From NCBI GenBank assembly GCA_020137815.1, contig CM035351.1, forward strand, positions 8,866,001-8,930,000: a stretch of 64,000 bases of DNA, read 5' to 3'. Source of the stretch: Hormiphora californensis (lineage: Eukaryota > Animalia > Ctenophora). Positions 13,969 through 26,688 of the stretch are shown here, piece after piece (within the stretch, counting starts at the first letter, position 1; each line of letters starts with the position of its first letter). Below the pieces are notes generated by a model that was given only the letters and a program-made list of their open reading frames with translations, was not told the DNA's origin and searched no databases. The position numbers and the translations under genes are program-made.

Positions 13969-16786
13969 TTAGGCAGCCACTACAGCGCAGCAGGTAAACT
14001 CCCGGCTCTCTCCCGCCTGTAAGGAAGGAGTTAGGTTAAAAGGAACTGGGGATATAGTGGGTCATATAGGACTTAGTAGTGAGACATGCTAGCTGTCTAC
14101 ACAAACGGGAATGATTGTTAAGGCCACGGTAAATTGAAACTACTAATTGGGGGCTAATTAGCTAATTACCTGGACAATGTTGCTGATAAGGAATCCCTCA
14201 GGACAGATGATATTATCATCATCAGTAGTAAACTTATCACACTTGGATCCAATAGTAGGGGGTATCTCCCTGGGAAGTAATGAGTGTGTCAACTTACTAT
14301 GTGTTTAGAAATGCTAAACAGAGAAAATCACCCAAACAGGGGGGGTTCCAACCTATTTTTTTGTATTTTTTTGTATTTTTTTGTACGGACCATACATAAA
14401 AGTATCCAAAATTCCTGTTTTTTTCCATACAAACAATACAAAAAAATACAAAAAAATACAAAAAAATAATGAAGGATGTGGGTGCGTGAAAAAAGTATAA
14501 ATAATACATGCACATGAACATAAATGGAACCCAGCTATACATAAACGGTAAGAAATTGCGATTCGGGGAAATTTCTCGCTTAGAAAATACGATTTGAGAA
14601 CATTTTCTCGGTAAGAAATTGCGATTTGGAGAAATTTCTCGCTTAGAAAATACGATTCGAGAAAATTTCCCGAAAATTTTCTCGGTAAGAAATTGCGATT
14701 CGAGAAAATTTCTCGCTTAGAAAATACGACTCGAGAAAATTTTCTCGGTAAGAAATTGCGATTCGGGGAAATTTCTCGCTTAGAAAATACGATTCGGGAA
14801 AATTTTCTTGGTAAGAAATTGCGATTCGGGGAAATTTCTCGCTTAGAAAATACGATTCGAGAAAATTTTCTCGGTAAGAAATTGCGATTCGGGGAAATTT
14901 CTCGCTTAGAAAATACGATTCGAGAAAATTTTCTCGGTAAGAAATTGCGATTCGGAGAAATTTCTCGCTTAGAAAATTCGATTCGGGAAAATTTCCCGGT
15001 AAGAAATTGCGATTCGGGGAAATTTCTCGCTTAGAAAATACGATTCGAGAAAATTTTCTCGGTAAGAAATTGCGATTCGGGGAAATTTCTCGCTTAGAAA
15101 ATACGATTCGAGAAAATTTTCTCGGTAAGAAATTGCGATTCGGGGAAACTTCTCGCTTAGAAAATATGATTCGAGAAAATTTTCTCGGTAAGAAATTGCG
15201 ATTCGGGGAAATTTCTCGCTTAGAAAATACGATTCGTGAAAATTTTCTCGGTAAGAAATTGCGATTCGGGGAAATTTCTCTCGCGATTTTGGCATGCTAC
15301 ATATGTAAAATATGTATATATTTTGTGCTAAATTGCGTGAAATAGCGTGGAAGAATGTTTAAAAACAGTAAAAGTTCGAACAATAATGGTAAATTACCAT
15401 ATAAAACTGTTTTTATTTTTTTGTTTTTTTTGTACTTTTTTGTATTTTTTTGTATTTTTTTGTATTTTTTTGTTTGAGGAAACCCGTGTTTTTTTCCGTA
15501 CAAACGTACACGAAATAGGTTGGAACCCCCCCCCCAAACATGATGAAAATATGGAGCCCAGGCCAAGTATGCAGATCTAGACAGTCTAGACAGGCAAACA
15601 TTGAATCAGGAAAATATTGAAAACGAGAAAATCAGCGGAAAGAAAATCATGCTCCCTCAATTTTTAATTACAAACTCAGATCGTACATGCACATCTTGAG
15701 GCACCTTTTCACCGGGTGTTCCAACACCCGCCTCGCCCCTTTGTCCCTGTCGGCCGTGAGATCCGGGAGGTCCCTCGGGCCCCTCTGGTCCTTCGGGTCC
15801 CTGGGGTCCAGCAGGTCCTTGTTCACCTGGGGCTCCAGCCTCTCCTGCGATGGAGGGGAAACATTGTTGAGAATAGATTATTGTGTTTGCTGAAGACGTG
15901 AAGACGTGATACACAGTGATCTCGAAAGCTTCTGTCAATTTATTTGATTTAGTACCATTATATCGTTGTCTATCTTGTTAATTATTGTGTTTGTATTATA
16001 ACAACACGAATAGTAACTATTATTGACTATTGAGAAATAAAAAGTATTTTCTCACCCTGTGGTCCGACAGCTCCATCCTTTCCAGCAGCACCGTTCTCAC
16101 CAGCAGGTCCAACAGGTCCAACAGGTCCCTCAGGTCCCACAGCGCCTTGTTCACCCTGAGGTCCAGTAGGTCCAGTAGCGCCAGCAGGTCCAGTTTCTCC
16201 AGCAGGTCCGGCAACTCCCTGAGCACCATCTTTTCCATCAGCTCCATTAATTCCAGCGACACCCTGTTCACCTTGTTCTCCAGCAGGTCCAGCGGGTCCG
16301 GGAAGACCTTGTGCCCCGGCAGGTCCCTGGTTTCCAGCGGCTCCCTGGGGTCCAGCAGGTCCAGCGGGACCCCTCATTTGCTCCTTGTCAGACAGAATTC
16401 CCTCTAGTTCAGATACACGGGAAGAGACAACGTTGAGCTCTTGGGAAAGTGCCTGGGGGAGAAATTAACCCTGATTAGCTGTGTCAATTGCAATTAGACT
16501 AGTACTGTAATAGGGACGTGGGCTGTAAACCTGTTAGATAATGTGTGACTGTAACACCACAGCCGTGTGACTATAGTAACACCACAGCGGATGGTAAACT
16601 AACCTGGAGTCCCTGAATGATTTCCTTGGTGTGATTTTCCTTTTCCAGGACAACAATTCTCATTTGGAACCAGGATGCGACCAGGGCGAAGATGACAGCA
16701 AGACACACAGTGGGAAGGAGAGATCCAATTCCCTCTGGCTTGGGGCCAGGGTGGACAACGGTGCCGCCTTTGTTCTTAGAAACCAT
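13969..16786 (-). CDS. Type II transmembrane collagen-like protein: short cytoplasmic N-terminus, TM, coiled coil, Gly-X-Y, small Cys-rich C-terminal module
   Basis: Exon 1 MVSKNK...LLPTVCLAVIFALVASWF...GLQ; exon 2 ALSQELNVVSSRVSELEGIL then GXY; exon 3 GXY to PGEK. Inferred last exons are 14269-14170 (SKCDKFTTDDDNIICPEGFLISNIVQ; needs one extra C removed from a C5 run) and 14016-13969 (AGESREFTCCAVVAA*). The 3' linkage is inference; the alternative stop is at 15657. Confidence 0.75.
14339..15532. mobile_element. Non-autonomous TIR element (MULE/foldback-like) with 8-bp TSD and internal minisatellite
   Basis: TIR gggggggttccaacctattt / aaataggttggaaccccccc; TSD cccaaaca at 14331-14338 and 15533-15540; subterminal (tacaaaaaaa)n / (tttttttgta)n in inverted orientation. 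Confidence 0.82.
14545..15282 (+). repeat. 63-bp tandem repeat (about 11.5 copies), itself a dimer of related ~31-bp subunits
   Basis: Unit cggtaagaaattgcgattcggggaaatttctcgcttagaaaatacgattcgagaaaattttct. Confidence 0.95.
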
Positions 16787-17012
16787 CCTGATTCTTTAAG
16801 GGGCATTAGAGTTGGATGGCTTGTTGGAGACATTAGAGAAAACAAAGTGATTCTGTAATCTGATAAGTATCAGCACTTGAAACAGCAAAAACTATTAGAA
16901 TATCTTGTAATAAAAAACAAATACAGATTTACTTAGTTGGCTCTATTTACACACAGTCACTGTATTATACAGACAAGGTTACATAGTTTAGTTAATGATT
17001 ATATTTAGTGCA

Positions 17013-17372
17013 TCATGTTGCACTTTCTGCAACTCCTCCCTCCAGCTGCTGGCCTTCATCTCTCAACCCTTCCCTCCTTTCCCTCTCTTCCTCTTCCTTT
17101 TGTCGCTCATACTCCTGAACAATGTACCAATACTTGGGTCCAGTGATACCGAAAAAGTCTGCCAACCACTCCCCCATTCCGTCAATGACACCCAGGGTCT
17201 TGCTGCCCCCTAGACAGGTGTAGTGTAGAAAGTAACCAGGCCAAGTTAGTTTGGAAGTATCGACCGGTTGTTGCTCCTCTTCCTCTTGCTCGTCTTCTGT
17301 ATCAGTGAGATCCTGTGACTCGAATATCTCCCTGTCAACAATACCAACTGTGCTGGGGTTTTCCGTTGTCAT
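17013..17372 (-). CDS. FAM177A1: FAM177 family protein
   Basis: Acidic tract, then VDTSKLTWPGY...TLGVIDGMGEWLADFFGITGPKYWYIVQEYER, matching the recalled FAM177 motif (DPTKLTW..Y...DFLGEKIA..LGIS.PKYQY.I.EY.R). Confidence 0.85.
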   Translation of the reverse strand: MTTENPSTVGIVDREIFESQDLTDTEDEQEEEEQQPVDTSKLTWPGYFLHYTCLGGSKTLGVIDGMGEWLADFFGITGPKYWYIVQEYERQKEEEERERREGLRDEGQQLEGGVAESAT

Positions 17373-17397
17373 ACTAGGGATAGGAAACGATTTGTTA

Positions 17398-17647
17398 GAG
17401 GCGATTCAAAAAGGACGTAGGGGGGAGGTAGCCGATTTCGGAATCTCTGGACAAAGGGGGAGGGGGGTTGACGCAATTTGGAGTCCAAACTGATTTTGGA
17501 CTGTCCAAGGTTTTACTGATTTAACTAGATATAGGTAAACGAAACTCGGACAGGGGGAGGGGGGTCTGGCAGAATCGGACAGGCCTGGACAGGGGAGGGA
17601 GGGGGTAAAATTACCAAAAATCACGGACGTCCTTTTTAACTCGCCAC
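17398..17647. mobile_element. PIF/Harbinger-type MITE, 250 bp
   Basis: TTA on both sides; imperfect TIR gaggcgattcaaaaaggacgt / acgtcctttttaactcgccac. Confidence 0.75.
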
Positions 17648-17687
17648 TTAAGTAACCCTTCTTTATTGTTATTGTTTACATTTGGAC

Positions 17688-18157
17688 TACTAGAGTACCC
17701 GAGCTATGACAATGCGCAAAAAGGGGTGGCACGCGACTTTAACCACGTGGTGATCTAACCGCTCCTACTATCATACACATTGGGTTTTTGAAAAACAGCG
17801 AGGCGGGTAAATCATTTACTGTAACGCGCGAATTTTTCCAAAAAAGCGCTGCTTTTTTACGCCGCGCGCGGAACCTAGAATTACGCGCGCAGTGTAAAAT
17901 TTTAAAATTCATTGAAAATTTCCTCGCGTTTTATGTCGCCAAAAAAAGTCGACGAAAAATTCCAAATTCGTGAATTTAGAATTATAAGAACTCCGTCACT
18001 GTTGTAAAGATCGGATCAAAAATCTGAGCCCGTACTTACACCCGCCTTGGTCCAAAGTACCAGTGTACAAATTTTCAGGGGTCTAGCTCAAAAACTGTAG
18101 GAGGAGTAGGGAGAAAACAATTATCGGACTAACATTTTGGAATTTATTATATGGACT
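17688..18157 (+). mobile_element. Possible Helentron/DINE-like non-autonomous element
   Basis: Starts ACTAG, ends tttattatatggact, with an internal caaattttcaggggtctagctcaaaaactgtaggagg block recalled as typical of such elements. No TSD seen. Confidence 0.4.
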
Positions 18158-18281
18158 TATTCTCAAAAGCTGCAGAATTATTATTCCCAAATCACGGCAT
18201 TTCTTCTCAGTTGTGAACTTAATGATACCGCAAACGGTTCAGCCGCTGATAATCTGCACCAGGTGGTAAAAACACGAGCAA

Positions 18282-18665
18282 GAAGGATCCATAATATAGT
18301 TCAAGAGCCTCCAAGAGCGCACCCCATCCAAGAGAGACCAAACTCAAGAGCGCACCACAATCAAGAGAGACCAAAATCAAGAGCACACCACAATCAAGAG
18401 AGACCAAATCAAGAGCGCACCACAATCAAGAGAGACCAAATTAAGAGCGCACCTCATCCAAGAGAGCTCCCTATCCAGAAGATACCAGATGTGGTGCACT
18501 CTTGAATTTGGTCTCTCTTGATTGTGGTGCGCTCTTGATTTGGTCTCTCTTGATTGTGGTGTGCTCTTGATTTTGGTCTCTCTTAATTGCGGTGTGCTCT
18601 TGATTTTGGTCTCTCTTCATTGTGGTGCGCTCTTGGAGGCTCTTAAACTTTATTATGGTTCCTTA
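18282..18665. repeat. Foldback structure built from ~30-bp tandem units in two opposing arms
   Basis: (caagagcgcaccacaatcaagagagaccaaa)-like units on the left arm and their reverse complements on the right; ends aaggatccataatatagttcaagagcctcc / ggaggctcttaaactttattatggttcctt. Confidence 0.85.
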
Positions 18666-19288
18666 GCGCCAAAAGGTATTTTCATTTTGAAACAAAAGAG
18701 TTTGAAACAAAGTTGAAAAAAGTTTGAAACAAGGTTGAAAAAAGTTTGAAACAAAAAAGTTTGCCGCAATTTCAATCTCCGCGCCGCGCATACTTTGTAA
18801 AAAATTGCGCGGCGCAAATTTTGCGCGTGCTATTTTTCCAACATTTTAAATTTAATCGTTTTAACTTCCCCATATCAAGCGAATGATCTGTTTCAATTAG
18901 ATTAATGAAATGAAACAGCACTTTAAACTTTGTGAAAATATCAATATCGAATTGAAACATTAACAAAGACTAGCTAGAAAGATCCTATTCGCCAGGAAAG
19001 TCTATCTTTCAGTTTCTCTCCGGCTCCCACTGGGAGTCCCACTCACAAATACACGTATACGCTCATAAAAGCACAAAATACAATAAAAATACCACTGTCT
19101 GATGAGTGATGCTTGGCCACCCTGAACATTACATAGAGGTATGGAAATCCCACACAACTGAACACCATAACAAAGCTAGTGTTCAACCCAACTTGTCTCT
19201 ACATACAAAACCTAGTCAGTCTGCTGAAGCCTACATGTGTTGTCTCGACTGGATATAGAATGCTACATGACATTATAAATCATGTGTC

Positions 19289-21668
<2,380 letters not shown>

Positions 21669-22163
21669 AGCTACACAGCGATAACAATTAATTAATCAAT
21701 TAGATATAGAAGGGCAGAATAGTTGAGTGATCACATTTTGGAAAGAAATAATATCTATCCTGGACTGAGTACCACACCAATATGATTCGATGCAAAGGGA
21801 AAAGGAGTGCTTTGCTTGCATACAGTGGTATTATAGAGAGAAAAGGAGAGCGTGTAGGGGTCAGGGACAGTACTAATATACATGTATATCAAGAGGTAAG
21901 GCAGTGAACACAAGACTAATTTGTAAATTGAATACGTCAGTGAAAATACCTAACTATAAATTAACATATCAATTTAGACTACTGGGAAGGATAAAAATTC
22001 ACCCAAGCTTGCGATCTATGTTAGGGCAGAAAACCAATTATATAACCTGTCTTAGTGCCTACCCCAATTCTCACTCTCCCTCACTCTCCTCATCTCTAAC
22101 CACGCTACAAAATCATATAAATAAAGCAGTACTTGTTCCGTCACAAATCACATTCTCTCTCTC

Positions 22164-23379
22164 TCAGCTAGTCCGAAGATGTTTATTAGATGGTCCTGGA
22201 GTGTCTTCCCCAGCTCCTCCTCCTCCCCCTCCTTCCTCTGTCAGGTCACTGACTTCTCTCTTTTTTGAATTCCCTGGGGTTCCCTGTAATGATACATTAT
22301 TATGCCAAAAATGGGAAAATTATGGCACTTTTATAGACATTAAACAGGACCTTTAAATAAATAATCCGTACCGAGACAATGTAATGATCGACAGTGCAGC
22401 ATTCCTGGTAACACTGACCTTACTATAGTTCCACCGTTTGCTGTAGAACTTCATCAGCAGGTTCCTCTTATCCGCCACTATAACCTGGGGCTCTGGATCC
22501 GTCTCTTTTACCACTGATATGTATTGTATCGGCCGTTTACACTAGAGACAGGGGATGGTGTTACAGTTTACACTAAAAACAGGGGATGGTGTTACAGTTT
22601 ACACTAGAGAGACAGGGGATGGTGTTACAGTTTACACTAGAGACAGGGGATGGTGTTACAGTTTACACTAAAAACAGGGGATGGTGTTACAGTTTACACT
22701 AGAGAGACAGGGGATGGGGTTACAGTTTACACTAGATACAGGGGATGGGGTTACAGTTTACACTAGAGACAGGGGATGGGGTTACAGTTTACACTAGAGA
22801 GACAAGGGATGGTGTTACAGTTTTGGAGACTAGATCTAGAGAAAGAACCACTAACTTTCCTTAATACAGTCGGACCCCGATTTAGTGGCATCCTCGGGGG
22901 GAAAAATTCCTGCCACTAAATCGGGGTGCCACTAAATAGGGGTCAAATAATGTTAATTTCCTATATCGGGGGAAACAAATCCTGCCATTAAATCGGGGTG
23001 CCACTAAATCGGGGTGCCACTAAATCGGGGCCCGACTGTATTCCTTAGCCCAAAGTGAAACAAATCAAGTTGGACAAATTGTTCGAAATTGGTGATGCAA
23101 TCCCCTCTTATGTTCGCGCTTTGCCCGGATGGTAGTGGAGGGCCCTGTGTCACCAAGGTTCGATAACGTGAACGACAAACGTGTAATTCCTTAGTCCCCA
23201 AAGGAGTCTAAAAAGTGAGGTAAACAACTCACCACAGTTTTATTTCTGTCGTAAGAGGCGAAGTTGCTTTTGTTGTGGATAGGTAGATTTAGTAGGCATG
23301 TCTCTGTGTGTTTTGGCACCCCACTACTACTACTGCTGGTCCCATGACACACCTTATCCTCTCCTTCCTCCTCGAACAT
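22164..23379 (-). CDS. DDA1: DET1- and DDB1-associated protein 1
   Basis: Exons 23379-23233, 22541-22419 and 22283-22164, all phase 0: LLNLPIHNKSNFASY..|CKRPIQYI..EPQVIVADKRNLLMKFYSKRW..|KKREVSD..NKHLRTS*. Compare recalled DDA1 [42 protein letters not shown]..KKR. Confidence 0.88.
22536..22822 (-). repeat. 31/33-bp tandem array (about 9 copies) of the DDA1 exon 2 acceptor
   Basis: Minus-strand unit ctgtaacaccatcccctgtctctag|tgtaaa. Confidence 0.93.
22867..23038. mobile_element. Tc1/mariner-type MITE
   Basis: TA flanks; TIR cagtcggaccccgatttagtgg / ccactaaatcggggcccgactg. Confidence 0.85.
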
Positions 23380-23784
23380 GGTGTCCTAATATATTGGGAA
23401 TAATGGGACTAGTTTAGTGGGGGTGTTAGAGGAGGTGCTGACTGTTGGAGAGTTGTATTTAGGATCAAGGGTTGGATGGGAGACTGTCCTAATATATTGG
23501 AGATAATGGATTGAATAAACATAATATTGAGGAGAATGGGATTGGTCCAATGGGGTTTCAGAGGATTTAGGATCAAGGGTTGGGGTGAAATGAAATTCAA
23601 AACACGTTGCTTTTCTAATAAGATATAGAGCATTAAACAGCAAAATAAAGTGCTAAAGAATCGTCACCCTCTCAACAAATACAACACCAAATAAAACAAA
23701 AGAACTCAAACATCAAAATGTTGGTATCTGAATAGAACCCGGCGGACTTGTGCCATAATTATAGCTAGATAAAACATTCTCCCA

Positions 23785-24070
<286 letters not shown>

Positions 24071-24091
24071 ATCGTTTTCTCTACCACACAA

Positions 24092-26492
24092 CTAGTACTG
24101 TTCTCCCATCATCAGTACAACTAAGCTGCTCCACCCGGTAAAAGGGTGGACACTCTGGCCCCTCCCTGTCTGACAGTTATACTGCTCCCAAATGTACCCC
24201 GTCCTCTTATACTCCAGGTACATATTGTTCACAATGTTATCCCTCAGCTCCTTGTACAGGGCCCCAGATAACTCTTGGTGGGGTCCCACAACTTTGGAAT
24301 AGTGGTCCAGGGCCCGTACTGCAAGGAAGTTGATATTGATCCAGACAGGACCCCGCCAGTAAGGCGCATCATGTTGGGTGTTGTGCTTCAAGTAGTAGGA
24401 GTCGGATTTAGCTACAGAACACAGACCAAACTGGCTCCACATGCCGTTAGATTGGGTTTTCAGGTTTTTAAGGATGGTCCCCAGCTCCGCACTGGATGGT
24501 TCAAGAAGCGTTAGGATGAAGGGAAACAGGTTGACATATCCTTGGATCTTGACATGTTGATACAGCGGTAACTTCCCCACAACCCTTCTCTTCTCAAAAT
24601 GTCCCTGTCCCATGTGCTTCTCTGTCAACCCCACTACATCAGAATGTAGCCCGTAGTCCGCAAAGAACTTGCCCGTCCAATGGAGCTCCTTGAGTCTGGT
24701 ATTATTGGCCAGCAGTTCGTATGTCTCCCGGTATTGGTCCACATTGATCCCTAGTAGGTCCCCCAAGTTAGCCAGACTCCGGGACGCAAAGGCCATCCAG
24801 CATCTCAAATCCACATGATACTCACTCTCTGTGGGATGGGTCGCTCGAGGGTAGTCATCAAGACCACTGGTAAGGGTTTTAGGGTTGAGTTCCTTGTCAG
24901 TTGTCCCATTCCTGCCCCTCCATCTGTAGGTGGTTGGCAGGGGTCCAGATTGGGTTGTGTTGTACCAGTTGTACCAAAACGCCATCCTATGGAACATCTT
25001 CTTCAGCGTGGAGTGGTGGTCCAAGATCTCAGAGGGCTGCATGTCAGTAACGAGGGAGTCCAGAGAGAGGAAGAGGGTGGGAGGGTTAGCATATTCAGCG
25101 TTCTGTACCACAAACTCTGGAGGAACCTTAGTCAGTGCCTCGTTTCCTAGGATCTGTTCTCTAGGGATCCAACCCCGTGCATTCATTAGGTTCAGCCAAT
25201 GTCCGATGATCTCAAGAGAGATGGTATGGTCCCATTTACCTATCAGCAACTGATGGAAACCCTCATCCCAAAGAAATCCCCGGGGGAAGAAAGATCGAGA
25301 AGGGACAGCGGAGTAGAGAGAGGAGGGGTTATAGTACACTGGTTCAGAGTCTTCAGATTCCTTTACAATAGACTGTCCATGGAAATACCCAATACCACCA
25401 ATCAGATTACTGAACGTACTCCTCGCAAAAGCTGATGTAAGATTCAGAGTAACCCTTATCCTTTAGTCCAAATTTCTGCTCAAATTTCTTGTCGAACTCC
25501 TCACTATACTCAGCTAACACAGACTCGTAGTGGCTCCCTTCCAGGGTCTCTCTTTGACGGTTGATGTTCAGATTCTCATATACCACCTCAACCTCACTAT
25601 CCAGAGCTAGGGTGAGCTGCATGACGACAAAGTTGCTCTGCTCGCTGCACTGGGTTTTACTGGACTTGATCCCGAACAGCCTCCCACCCCTGATGTTCCC
25701 CGACATTTTCATGTGGTGTTTTATGTAGTCAGAGATGAGGTGCAGAGGTACATCAGTCCCGCAGTGTAGAGCGCTGTACAGGATGGGCTGATTTTCTAAC
25801 ACCGTCTTGTACTTGATGTTGAACTTCCCCAACTCCAGTGTCTCGCCATAAATCGAGTAGCCGTTGGGTATAGCAGACATCATTAGCTTGGAATTGCGGT
25901 GCTCCACGCCAATATACCAGAATAGAGAGATGGCTTTAGGACGCTCCGAGCCCGGACTGTTGACCCCGTTGACCTTCACTCTCGCTGTCCAGTCCTGCAG
26001 GGCGTAGTTCGCTTTTACGAAACTAGTTTCCAACTCATAGCCGTTATCGACTAGCTTCTGGACTCCAAACTTGTTGCCGTCATGTCGCTGCCACATGAAT
26101 GATTTCAACTCCCTCTGTTCGGAGGTATGTCGGAGACTAGCCTGACCATGAGGTCCCATGACGGGCATCCAGGCAAGACCAAATATAACTGATTCTGGTA
26201 TCCGGGGTCTGATTCCAAAGTAGACCTGGGGTCGGTAGCTTCCCCATAGTCGGGCAAGTTGGTCCTCAGTGCCTGTACAGCACTCTGGGTACACCAGGGG
26301 TAGGTAGGGTTGGGCAGTTAGTGTGTTGGGCTGCTTATAGAAGACGTAGATCATAGAGCATGCCAAAATGGCTGCGGAGATCATGGAAGGAACTCTGCTC
26401 ATTCCCCCTCCTCCAGCTTTCTTTGTCACGTTTTTAGGATCTTTCGTCGGTTTGCCTGGTTTCTGGGACTTCTTTTTGTCTCCAGATCCCAT
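24092..26492 (-). CDS. MOGS: Mannosyl-oligosaccharide glucosidase (GH63); single coding exon with one apparent frameshift
   Basis: Motifs LWGSYRPQVYFG, AVPSRSFFPRGFLWDEGFH, GWIPREQILG, SGLDDYPR, YWRGPVWININ, HPFTGW. The two ORFs join as SFARSTFSNLIGGIGYFHG if one base of the 25427-25430 run is removed. Confidence 0.95.
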
Positions 26493-26688
26493 CGTCACTG
26501 AGAAATAGTGAAAAATGTTACTAGCAAATATAAATTATCAAATGAACGCATACATCATTTTAAGTAAAACTGTGGTATAGGATAAAACAATTAATAATAT
26601 AGTTAACAGTAAAAATAATAGTAAAACTAAAGTTCAATAATTCTCTCTGATCTATGAACAAATAAACACCATTCGAAAACAACACATT

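Noticed and set aside
14693-15345. ORFs with 21-aa repeats resembling LRRs
   Set aside because: Translation of the 63-bp satellite inside a TIR element.
23004-23206. Possible extra DDA1 exon / MMADHC-like segment
   Set aside because: DDA1 homology is colinear without it, no good GT donor is present, and the ORF runs into a MITE.
25340-25437. Intron between the two MOGS ORFs
   Set aside because: The gap encodes the conserved SNLIGGIGYFHG motif, so it is a frameshift rather than an intron.
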